Source: an uncultured Lachnospiraceae bacterium
GTDB lineage: Bacteria; Bacillota; Clostridia; Oscillospirales; CAG-272
Length of the DNA stretch: 56,014 nucleotides
Assembly (NCBI GenBank): GCA_964581025.1
Contig: CAZONA010000002.1
Location: 1 to 56,014 of the forward strand
Reading direction: 5' to 3'
Below, piece by piece: positions 9,234 to 17,909 of this stretch (position 1 is its first letter; each line of letters starts with the position of its first letter). Under the pieces are notes generated by a model. It was not told where the DNA came from. It did no database searches and saw only the letters and a list, made by a program, of their open reading frames with translations. The translations under genes were made by a program, and so were the position numbers.

Positions 9234-9815
9234 ATGGGAGTGAATCTTTCAAAAGGTCAGAGAGTTAGTCTCGACAAGGGAATGAAAATGGGTCTTGTAG
9301 GTCTTGGTTGGGATACCAATATGTATGATGGTGGATACGATTTTGACCTCGATGCTTCGGCGTTTTTGCTTGGAGCAAACGGAAAAGTAAGAAATGACGA
9401 GGACTTCATTTTTTACGGCAATCTCAAGAGCAAAGATGGTTCGGTTGCTCATCAGGGAGATAATCTTACCGGCGAAGGCGATGGCGATGATGAGCAGATC
9501 ATTATAGATTTTTCCAAGGTTCCTGCGGGCGTTGATAAAATTGCTATTACCGTTACCATTTATGATGCTATTGCAAGAAGACAGAACTTCGGCATGGTTT
9601 CAAATGCATATGTAAGAGTTGCTAAAATTGCAAATGTCGGAGACGTCGGAGAAGAAGTACTTAAATTTGATCTTGGTGAAGAATTCTCTATTGAAACTGC
9701 TATTGTTGTATGCGAAATATACAGAAACAACGGTGACTGGAAATTTAATGCTGTCGGAGCAGGATATCAAGGCGGTCTTGAAGCTCTTTGCCGTCGTTAT
9801 GGTGTAAACGTGTAA
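9234..9815 (+). CDS. terD: TerD-domain protein (paralog 2)
   Basis: It begins '[13 protein letters not shown]' and carries '[15 protein letters not shown]' and 'WKFNAVG'. AAGGAG RBS upstream. Confidence 0.9.
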   Translation: MGVNLSKGQRVSLDKGMKMGLVGLGWDTNMYDGGYDFDLDASAFLLGANGKVRNDEDFIFYGNLKSKDGSVAHQGDNLTGEGDGDDEQIIIDFSKVPAGVDKIAITVTIYDAIARRQNFGMVSNAYVRVAKIANVGDVGEEVLKFDLGEEFSIETAIVVCEIYRNNGDWKFNAVGAGYQGGLEALCRRYGVNV

Positions 9816-9880
9816 TGTGCATTTTAAGTCTATTGATCGAGAGCCTTGAACTTGAACGATACTATAGATGACTGGTGTTA

Positions 9881-9936
9881 GATTGCATCAGAGAAAAGCT
9901 GATGCGGATTTCTCTGGTGCAATCTTTTAATTTTTT
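9881..9936 (+). terminator. Rho-independent terminator closing operon A
   Basis: 15-bp stem gattgcatcagagaa / ttctctggtgcaatc with one G-U pair and a 14-nt loop, followed by ttttaatttttt. Confidence 0.75.
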
Positions 9937-10068
9937 ATTAAATCAATGAATTTTCGAATATCTAATGTTTGTTATCATGTATCTTTTTTGAATTGTAGAA
10001 AGAATCTAATATGCAATGAGTCTTTCTGATTAATAAAAATAGGTAAAAGTGATTGGTGGGACTCGGCT

Positions 10069-11061
10069 ATGAATACGTACTATTATGATAAGCTGAATAC
10101 TTTGGAACAACGCACTTATCGAGAAATGTATACTTGTTTAATGCGGTGCTTGCCGTCGATAAACTTCTCTAAACTTGAGTATTACGGATGCGATTTTAAT
10201 AAAGTATTTAGATATTTAAATTTTGATCACCCGGAGTTGTATTTTGTTGATTTTGTTAATTTTTGCGTTTTTCAAAATCCTTTGAAAATCAATATTCGAT
10301 TTTCGTATTTGTTTTTAAAAGATGAAGTTAATAAAATATCAGCCATAATATCTCAAAAGTCAAAGTCTATACTTTCAGGCATTGATTCTCGGGCAGCATC
10401 CGTTTTTGACAAAGAAACGTATATATATAATTATTTGACGCAAAACATCGTATATGATGCTGAGTCATTGAAATGTGCGCCCGGTTCTCCGGAATCTCTA
10501 TATGCTCATTCTATTACAGGAGTCTTTTTGAACGGAAAGGCGGTCTGCGACGGCATTTCAAAAGCTTTCTTGTTTTTGTGCGAAAAAGTAGGTGTCTCAA
10601 GTATTTTGGTAACAGGAGAGCTGAATTCGCCAAAAAACAGAGGTCAGCATGCATGGAACATGGTTAACATTGGCGGATCTTATTACCATGTTGATGTTAC
10701 GGGAGACCTGAAGAGCTCTTGCGATTTCCCTATTCCGGTTTATAGATATTTTAATATATCTGACGCAAGAATGAGGAGGGATCATTCTTGGGAAAATATT
10801 GACATACCCATATGTAATAGTGAGACATATAATTATTATTTTTATAACGGATTACTTTGTCGGAATGCTCAAGATATAGAGCAAGTCGCAAAGAGATCTT
10901 TAACTAATGCTAATGCCCGCTTTTCAATAAGATACGATGGATATCGAAGTGAGGTTGAGCATGCTATTGCATCCGTGCTTTCGTCTTTTGGGGGAATGTA
11001 CAGACAATATGAAATTACAGAACTGATAGGCGACGGGATTTATTTGATCTTGTTTAAATAA
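10069..11061 (+). CDS. Transglutaminase-like (papain-fold) Cys-His-Asp protein, cytoplasmic
   Basis: Transglut_core triad context: 'GKAVCDGISKAF', 'GQHAWNMVNIGG' and 'YYHVDVTGD'. No signal peptide or TM segment. Confidence 0.75.
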   Translation: MNTYYYDKLNTLEQRTYREMYTCLMRCLPSINFSKLEYYGCDFNKVFRYLNFDHPELYFVDFVNFCVFQNPLKINIRFSYLFLKDEVNKISAIISQKSKSILSGIDSRAASVFDKETYIYNYLTQNIVYDAESLKCAPGSPESLYAHSITGVFLNGKAVCDGISKAFLFLCEKVGVSSILVTGELNSPKNRGQHAWNMVNIGGSYYHVDVTGDLKSSCDFPIPVYRYFNISDARMRRDHSWENIDIPICNSETYNYYFYNGLLCRNAQDIEQVAKRSLTNANARFSIRYDGYRSEVEHAIASVLSSFGGMYRQYEITELIGDGIYLILFK

Positions 11062-11101
11062 TATTGAAAACAATTAATAAAAATATATCGGAGGGGAAAA
11101 G

Positions 11102-12256
11102 ATGTTTGGCTTTGGAAGACGATATTATGTTGTTGAGGAAAGAAACAACGATGGATGTTTGAGTGGATGCTTATTATGGTTAATTATCATTGCTATATTA
11201 GTTGCGATGTTTCTTTTGTTTGCTTGGTATGCCCTGATTGCCCTGGTTATATTATTGTTGGTAGTTGGTGCAGTAATTGGAATATTCTACAGCGTTAAAA
11301 ATAATGTTAAGGCATATAGCGACAGTTATATTTCTAATCGATATTATAGTAGACCGAACACATCCAAATTTTTAAATTTTGTATTTAAAACGATGCTAAT
11401 CTGTAAGAAACATATGATATATACATGGAAATCAAATGCGGCATCTATTAAAGATTTGTTTGCAAAATCGGAAAAGCATAGATTTTTGAGCTTTCAAAAA
11501 TGGATGTACTTGTTTGCTTGTTTGTCTGTTGCCGTATGGGGCGTTATTATTTCGCTTTTTATTGTCAACATATATATGCAGGTGCTTATGGCTGCGTTGA
11601 TGATTGCGTTTTATGCTTGTGTTATAGCGTTCATTATTCCCATTATTATAGCTATTCCCTTGGCGATTTGGAATTTCGTTAAAAACTATATATACATATT
11701 GAAATATGTCTTGTCATCGTATCAGCAAATACCTGGATCATCCGTTTATATTTACAATAAGGGTTATCGACATGTTGTATCGGTATTTAAAAATACATTC
11801 AGGAAGAATTTATTTGACGCTAAGGATAAATTAAGAGTTGGATCAACATTTGCGATTTTTTCATTGAGACGTTGGATTTCTTATTGTACAGCTATTTGGT
11901 TAATGGTACTGGGTACAGTTCTGCAAATCCCCTTGCTTCTCATACACGCTTTGACATTGACTATAATGATCGCACTGTATACTGTTGCAATTGGCTTCTT
12001 CTTTGCGCTAGATGCAATATTTGATTTGCTTGTGAATAAGAGTGTTTCGTGTCCTAATATAGCTTGTAACAATAGATTCAAAAGAAATGTTTATGTTTGC
12101 GATTGTGGAAAACAGTTTAATACATTACATCCAAGCACACAAGGCATTTTCAAGAGGAAATGCGATTGCGGCAGAATGATACCTAACTCTATATTTTCCG
12201 GCAAACACAAAATGAAGGATTTGTGCCCCAAGTGCGGAGTTCAAATTACAAGATAA
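11102..12256 (+). CDS. Polytopic membrane protein with a C-terminal Cys-rich double Zn-ribbon tail
   Basis: GGAGGGG RBS. About 6-7 long hydrophobic helices, for example 'LLWLIIIAILVAMFLLFAWYALIALVILLLVVGAVIGIF'. The tail has four Cys pairs: 'CPNIAC', 'CDCG', 'CDCG' and 'CPKCG'. Confidence 0.7.
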   Translation: MFGFGRRYYVVEERNNDGCLSGCLLWLIIIAILVAMFLLFAWYALIALVILLLVVGAVIGIFYSVKNNVKAYSDSYISNRYYSRPNTSKFLNFVFKTMLICKKHMIYTWKSNAASIKDLFAKSEKHRFLSFQKWMYLFACLSVAVWGVIISLFIVNIYMQVLMAALMIAFYACVIAFIIPIIIAIPLAIWNFVKNYIYILKYVLSSYQQIPGSSVYIYNKGYRHVVSVFKNTFRKNLFDAKDKLRVGSTFAIFSLRRWISYCTAIWLMVLGTVLQIPLLLIHALTLTIMIALYTVAIGFFFALDAIFDLLVNKSVSCPNIACNNRFKRNVYVCDCGKQFNTLHPSTQGIFKRKCDCGRMIPNSIFSGKHKMKDLCPKCGVQITR

Positions 12257-12281
12257 TAATTGCTTATCGGGAGAAATTGGT

Positions 12282-15200
12282 GTGAATTATTTAATTACTG
12301 TAAGTATCAATGATATACAAAAAACCTTCACCAATCAATTTTTGCAGTATGATGGAGAATATTATTATGTTCCAAGGGAGTATTTTGGCTTAGATTGCGA
12401 CCTAAAGCTTCCGCTTTATTCGGATAAAGATAGATGGTTTATACACACTGTGGGTGAATTGTCGGTTGATAATAAAATTGATCCCACAGTGAATCCGGAA
12501 TCGTTTTTGGCCAGGAATATCTACGGATCAAAGAATACAGCCATTAAAGTTTTTACCGATACTGGCAAACCGATAGATGATAGAGAAGTATCAAACAATG
12601 ATTTGTTTGTAATTCACGATAATGTATGGAATTTTCATTATTCAATCATGTTCAAGGAGACTTCCGATATAAAACTAAAGTCAGAACTTTTTGAAATAAA
12701 AAAGAGTAAGATTCTTGTCGGAAAATCTGAAACATGTGATATAACTTATAATTTTCGAGATTTGGTTCTCGAAGAACATTTTGTTATTGAGTTCGAAAAT
12801 AATAAAGCTTATGTTCGATCGGTAAATAGATCAGATAAAAATATTTCTTATGTTGCTTCTACTTTTTTTGTAAATGGTAGAGTTACTAACAAGGCCAATC
12901 TCGAATATGGCGATATAGTCTCTTTAAGAGACTTAACGATCGTTTTTCTTGGTAAGTATTTAGGAATATACGCTTCTAATGTAAGGATCCATGAAAAAGC
13001 ATTGTCGCCCATGGGTAGTGTGTTACCGTACAAATCAACTTTTGAAAATCAAGCTTCTTGGCTAAAAGAGGATTATATTACAAGGTCTCCGAGAAAAGTC
13101 AATAAAATTAATGATGAACGAATAGAAATAGAACTTCCTCCACAGCCGACGGTTAGCAAAAGGATGCCAGCAATATTAACTATAGGCCCGTCTTTAACGA
13201 TGAGCATGGCGATGCTTGTTTCACTCGGAGTTTCTATCGGAAATGTTATTCAGGGTGGCAGTAAAGCTACACTTATTACAAGCGGTGCATTGTCGCTCAG
13301 TATGCTTCTCGGTGCTCTTCTTTGGCCATTGCTCACCAGAAAGTATCAAAAAAAGCAAGATCGAATAGCAGAGGCCCATAGGCAAACTAAATACTGTGAA
13401 TATCTTGCCAATGTGGAAAGGGAACTTGAATTAAAAACGACAAATAATCTGTCTGTTTTGAATAACGAATTGTTTTTATCACCCAAAGATATTATTTTAT
13501 CATTTGACAATTCGCAAAAGTTACAGCAGCATCTATATGAGAAGCAACTTACAGACTTGGATTTTTTGCAAGTGCGAGTTGGATCTGGAATTATAAAGAA
13601 TCATCTGAATTTATCTATAACACCTAAAAAATTTTCATTGTATGAGGATTTTTTGCGCAATAAGGCGTATGAACTGTATGATAAATTTTCGACTGTTTCA
13701 AATGCGCCGGTTACATTATCGTTGTTTAACAAAAGAATAGTGGGAATAGCAAATAAAGGGGGGAGTGCAGATAATATTTTTAAGACATTGTTGATGTCTT
13801 TGACATATTACCATGCATATAACGAAATTAAAACCGCTTTTGTTTTTAATGACTCTTCAAAAGATAAATTCAAGTGGGTAAAAAGCCTTCCCCATGCTGT
13901 TTCGGATTATGAAGATAAAACATATATAGCGACCAACAGAAGCGAAGCGCATCAGCTATTTGCTCATTTTAACGAGATAGCTGATTTAAGAGAAAATAAT
14001 GTCGAAAAACAGCTTCCGCATTTTGTTATATTTGTTTTCGATACACATTTGTTAGATAACGAAATGTTCGTTAACAGAATAATTAATGCCGAAAGCAATT
14101 TGGGTTTTACTTTTGTGTATATTTCATCTGAAAAAGCGTTACCCAAAGAATGCGATGCGGTTGTTGATAGAGATTCGGCAGGATATTATATATACCGTGC
14201 GAAGCAGCAGTCAAAATCTTATTTTATACCAGATAGTGTTGATAATCAAATCTGGAATAAATATTGCGAAAAGTTAAAGGGATATAAACTGAAGGTTGCA
14301 TCCGATGTTTCAAATATCCCGGACAAGTTGTCTTTTTTGGATATGTATCAAGTTGGCAATGTTAAGCAACTTAATATCGCTAAGCGTTGGAAAATAAATG
14401 CTCCATATAAGTCCTTGTCGGCTCTTGTGGGAGTGAAGTCGGGTGGGGAATTTTGTAGTATTGATATGCATGAATCGTATCATGGACCGCATGGATTGGT
14501 TGCAGGTATGACCGGATCCGGAAAAAGCGAATTTTTGCAGACATTGATACTATCTCTGGCGATCAATTATTCTCCGAAAGATATATCATTTTTGATAATT
14601 GATTTTAAGGGCGGTGGAATGGCAAACTCTTTTGCAGATCTTCCTCATCTTGCAGGAACTATGACCAATTTGTCGGGTAATGAATTAAATAGGGCTATGA
14701 TAACAATTCGAGCCGAGACTGCTCGCAGACAGCAAGAATTCAAAAAATTTGCTGTTAATCATATTGATAAATATCAAAAACTATCCGCCGAACGGCAAGA
14801 CATAGAGCCTATTCCGCATCTGATAATTGTTGTGGACGAATTTGCGGAGCTTAAGGCGCAACAGCCGGAATTCATGAAACAATTAATCGAGCTTGCAAGA
14901 ATAGGAAGAAGCTTGGGAATTCATCTAATCCTTGCTACTCAGAAGCCGGCAGGAGTGGTGGATGATCAGATTTGGGGTAACTCACGATTTAGAGTGTGTC
15001 TCAAAGTATTGGAAAAGCAGGATAGTAATGAAATGATTCGACATCCAGATGCCGCCTTAATCAAAGAACCGGGACGCTGCTATCTTCATGTTGGATATGA
15101 TGAAATTTTTGAATATTTCCAATCTGGATATAGTGGTACTCCATATATTCCCCGTGAACAACACCATGATGAAAGTGAAGATATTTTGACTCAAATCGAT

Positions 15201-16967
15201 TCGTGCGGAAATGTGATAGCTTATGCATCTCTAAAATGTAATACCGATGGCAAAAAAACTACTCAATTGAATGAGATTATAAATGAAATCAAATGTGTTT
15301 CGGAAAAAGAAAAATATTCGCAGCGTAGATTGTGGTTGAATCCATTACCGAAAAAGTTGTCTCTCGATAAATTAATGAAAAAGTGCCATGCTTGCTTTGA
15401 TGGTGCAAGATGGGAAGAAAATCCAGGATATTCTGCGGTAGTTGGTATGGTAGATGATCCAGCATCCCAATGTCAAATGTCTTTTGATATCGATTTTTTG
15501 AAGGGTAATTACGGTATATATGGGGCGGATGGATACGGGAAATCGAGTGTTTTGCAAGCTTTGATATATAGCATGTGTTGCAAATATTCTCCCGCAAAGA
15601 TTAGATTTGAGATATTGGACTTTAGCACCAGAATATTGAGTTCATTTGCAAATATGCCCCACGTAAACAATTTAGCTTATTCCGATGATGAATCCGAAGT
15701 TAAGGGTATCATTAATTCTCTTGTTGCTGAAATCGACTATCGAAACAAATTATTTGGAGAAGGTGGGGTTTCTTCCTTTGAGGCATATAATCGTAATTCT
15801 TCGGTTGCGTTGCCAATGATAGTTTTGGTAATAGATAACTATGCGGTTGTTGGCGAACGGTATAAGGATTTGGTAGATAAAATAGTTAAAATTATCAGGT
15901 CTGGATGTACATATGGTGTTTGCACTATAGTTACCGCAACTGCGAAAAACCTCGTGTATAGTAGAATTGCAGATTGTTTGACCAATAGCTTGGGAATGAA
16001 ACTGTCGGACAAACTTGCTTATCGTGATCTAATGAGAACATCAAATATTCCCGAAATAGAGGATTGCCCGGGGCGTGGAGTGGTTTTGCGCGATAAAAAG
16101 GCGTTAGAATTTCAATGCGCATTGGTAGACGGTGAAATCGACGATGCAAAGAGAACTGTCATTATAAAAGATAAAGCCGAAGAGATGGCATCTGTTGCTC
16201 AATCAAATAATGTCGTATCATCAAAAAAATCAGATATTCCTCAGAGTATAAATAAGCCATCGAACGGTATGACTATAAATTCTACGATTTCGATGGATCA
16301 AACTGATGAGATGATGGGAATCTGTGTTGCAAGACCGATTACAAACGATCTCCTTATCGGACGTTTTAATAACAAACAATATTTTCTTCCTTTGAAATCA
16401 TTGAAAACGTTATTTGTTTTGGGTGATAAATGCGAGCAGAATCGTCGTGTTTTGCAAAATTATTTGTATCAATTCGATAAAATGGGAAAACAGTTGTTTG
16501 TGTTTAACACGCATAATGATTTGATGCTGCCTGACGGAGTCAAAGATTACTCATTTGAAGACGGATCTGCTTCGAATGGAATAGCAGAATTGTTTAATTA
16601 CATCGAAAGAGAAAATGCCGATAATGTCGTGATTGTAATTTCTGACCTGCTGACATTTATTAAGAAAATTGATGATTTAAACGGAAAGAAATTAGAGGCA
16701 TTGACAGGTTATTCTCAAGATAAACGCGCTTGCTTTGTCGTTGAAGGAAGTGTTAACGGGATCAGACAACTGACCGGATGTGCCATCGGGAGTAATTTGC
16801 GTAGGGATAAGAAAGCTCGAGGAATTTATGTCAATAAATTTTTTGAGGATGAAATTATATTTAACAACATACGGCAAACAAGTGCAATAAAGAGCTTATC
16901 TTTGACGAACAAACAAGGATTTATTGTGGGAGAGTCGTGTTTGCTGTGCGATTTGGATGGATTGTGA
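12282..16967 (+). CDS. essC: EssC/YukB-type FtsK/SpoIIIE-family type VII secretion ATPase with N-terminal FHA-type domains
   Basis: GTG start after GGGAGA. FHA-like 'ILVGKSETCDITY..EEHFVIEF..FFVNGRV'. Two adjacent TM helices. P-loop 1 'GMTGSGKSE' with Walker B 'LIIVVDEFAEL'. P-loop 2 'GADGYGKSS' with 'VLVIDNYAV'. The third repeat has no GK[ST]. Confidence 0.9.
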   Translation: MNYLITVSINDIQKTFTNQFLQYDGEYYYVPREYFGLDCDLKLPLYSDKDRWFIHTVGELSVDNKIDPTVNPESFLARNIYGSKNTAIKVFTDTGKPIDDREVSNNDLFVIHDNVWNFHYSIMFKETSDIKLKSELFEIKKSKILVGKSETCDITYNFRDLVLEEHFVIEFENNKAYVRSVNRSDKNISYVASTFFVNGRVTNKANLEYGDIVSLRDLTIVFLGKYLGIYASNVRIHEKALSPMGSVLPYKSTFENQASWLKEDYITRSPRKVNKINDERIEIELPPQPTVSKRMPAILTIGPSLTMSMAMLVSLGVSIGNVIQGGSKATLITSGALSLSMLLGALLWPLLTRKYQKKQDRIAEAHRQTKYCEYLANVERELELKTTNNLSVLNNELFLSPKDIILSFDNSQKLQQHLYEKQLTDLDFLQVRVGSGIIKNHLNLSITPKKFSLYEDFLRNKAYELYDKFSTVSNAPVTLSLFNKRIVGIANKGGSADNIFKTLLMSLTYYHAYNEIKTAFVFNDSSKDKFKWVKSLPHAVSDYEDKTYIATNRSEAHQLFAHFNEIADLRENNVEKQLPHFVIFVFDTHLLDNEMFVNRIINAESNLGFTFVYISSEKALPKECDAVVDRDSAGYYIYRAKQQSKSYFIPDSVDNQIWNKYCEKLKGYKLKVASDVSNIPDKLSFLDMYQVGNVKQLNIAKRWKINAPYKSLSALVGVKSGGEFCSIDMHESYHGPHGLVAGMTGSGKSEFLQTLILSLAINYSPKDISFLIIDFKGGGMANSFADLPHLAGTMTNLSGNELNRAMITIRAETARRQQEFKKFAVNHIDKYQKLSAERQDIEPIPHLIIVVDEFAELKAQQPEFMKQLIELARIGRSLGIHLILATQKPAGVVDDQIWGNSRFRVCLKVLEKQDSNEMIRHPDAALIKEPGRCYLHVGYDEIFEYFQSGYSGTPYIPREQHHDESEDILTQIDSCGNVIAYASLKCNTDGKKTTQLNEIINEIKCVSEKEKYSQRRLWLNPLPKKLSLDKLMKKCHACFDGARWEENPGYSAVVGMVDDPASQCQMSFDIDFLKGNYGIYGADGYGKSSVLQALIYSMCCKYSPAKIRFEILDFSTRILSSFANMPHVNNLAYSDDESEVKGIINSLVAEIDYRNKLFGEGGVSSFEAYNRNSSVALPMIVLVIDNYAVVGERYKDLVDKIVKIIRSGCTYGVCTIVTATAKNLVYSRIADCLTNSLGMKLSDKLAYRDLMRTSNIPEIEDCPGRGVVLRDKKALEFQCALVDGEIDDAKRTVIIKDKAEEMASVAQSNNVVSSKKSDIPQSINKPSNGMTINSTISMDQTDEMMGICVARPITNDLLIGRFNNKQYFLPLKSLKTLFVLGDKCEQNRRVLQNYLYQFDKMGKQLFVFNTHNDLMLPDGVKDYSFEDGSASNGIAELFNYIERENADNVVIVISDLLTFIKKIDDLNGKKLEALTGYSQDKRACFVVEGSVNGIRQLTGCAIGSNLRRDKKARGIYVNKFFEDEIIFNNIRQTSAIKSLSLTNKQGFIVGESCLLCDLDGL

Positions 16968-17221
16968 TGAAAGCATTAACTCTTAGCATTACTGTTGCGG
17001 CGATAAACCTGCAATTTGACTATAAAGTGCCTGTTCAAATGAAAATTTCTGATTTGATCGAATTGTGTTTGGAGATTATCAGTAAAAATTATGATCTTTC
17101 GTTTGCAACGCAGGCACCCGAGCTTAAATTGATAAGCGTAAATCAACAATGCGTTTTGGCATCTCAAGAAACGGTGCTTAAAAACGGTCTGTCAAACAAT
17201 GACAGACTAATATTATTATGA
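16967..17221 (+). CDS. esaB: YukD/EsaB-like ubiquitin-fold (beta-grasp) protein
   Basis: The ATG overlaps the essC stop (gTGATGa), which suggests translational coupling. 84 aa. The C-terminal 'LKNGLSNNDRLILL' resembles the YukD ending ('GITNGDRLEIL'), with no Gly-Gly tail. Confidence 0.75.
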   Translation: MKALTLSITVAAINLQFDYKVPVQMKISDLIELCLEIISKNYDLSFATQAPELKLISVNQQCVLASQETVLKNGLSNNDRLILL

Positions 17222-17237
17222 AAAGAGGTAATTCTAA

Positions 17238-17534
17238 ATGACACATGTTATTACTGAAGAATTGTTAAGATCGGCAGGCTCGTTAGAAGAAAAGGTTAAT
17301 CAATATCAACGAGAGTACGAAAAGATGTATGCCGAAATAGAAAGCTTAAAAGTTGATTATCAGGGTCAATCAAGTGAAGCTTTCAACAACCAAATTAACG
17401 CATTTAAGCCTGCACTGGAAGAAATGGTTTCCGTAGTGAACGATTATATTGCATACTTAAAAAACACTGCAAATAATTATACTACTGCCGAGGATGCATT
17501 AACGGACAGTGCTAATGCTCTGAAAAACATTTAA
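17238..17534 (+). CDS. WXG100-family protein (variant Y-Q-G motif)
   Basis: 98-aa helical hairpin. 'VDYQGQSSEAFNNQ' sits at the turn, where WxG is expected. C-terminal 'YTTAED' (YxxxE). GAGG RBS upstream. Confidence 0.75.
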   Translation: MTHVITEELLRSAGSLEEKVNQYQREYEKMYAEIESLKVDYQGQSSEAFNNQINAFKPALEEMVSVVNDYIAYLKNTANNYTTAEDALTDSANALKNI

Positions 17535-17551
17535 TGAAGGAGAAGTGAAGT

Positions 17552-17836
17552 ATGGAAATTAAAGCCAATGATCAAGTAATGAGAGAGAAGGCAACTATAC
17601 TAAAAGAAATCGGAGCCAATATTGCAAATCTTGCTAATGAAATGAAGGCAGAGATCGCTCGATTGGAGACAACATGGGAAGGGGAGGCAGCCGAATTGTT
17701 AGTTGCCAGATTTAATGAATTAAATAATTCTTTTGAATCTAGACAACGGACAATTGATAATTACGCAAATTTTCTTAGTAATGCTTCAGATGTTTATAAG
17801 ACTCAAGAGGATAATAACAAAAGGAGCGTAGAGTAA
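17552..17836 (+). CDS. WXG100-family protein (canonical W-E-G)
   Basis: 94 aa. 'LETTWEGEAAELLVARF' and a C-terminal 'YKTQED' (YxxxE). AAGGAG RBS upstream. Confidence 0.85.
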   Translation: MEIKANDQVMREKATILKEIGANIANLANEMKAEIARLETTWEGEAAELLVARFNELNNSFESRQRTIDNYANFLSNASDVYKTQEDNNKRSVE

Positions 17837-17846
17837 CCTAAAACAA

Positions 17847-17882
17847 ATAGCAACGGGAAATAGATAAATTTCTCGTTGCTAT
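17847..17882 (+). promoter_or_regulatory. Strong intercistronic hairpin after the WXG100 pair, with no U-tract
   Basis: 15-bp stem atagcaacgggaaat / atttctcgttgctat with one G-U pair and a 6-nt loop. The following sequence 'agaacgatt' is not T-rich. Confidence 0.4.
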
Positions 17883-17909
17883 AGAACGATTACAGGGGGG
17901 GGATGGTTT

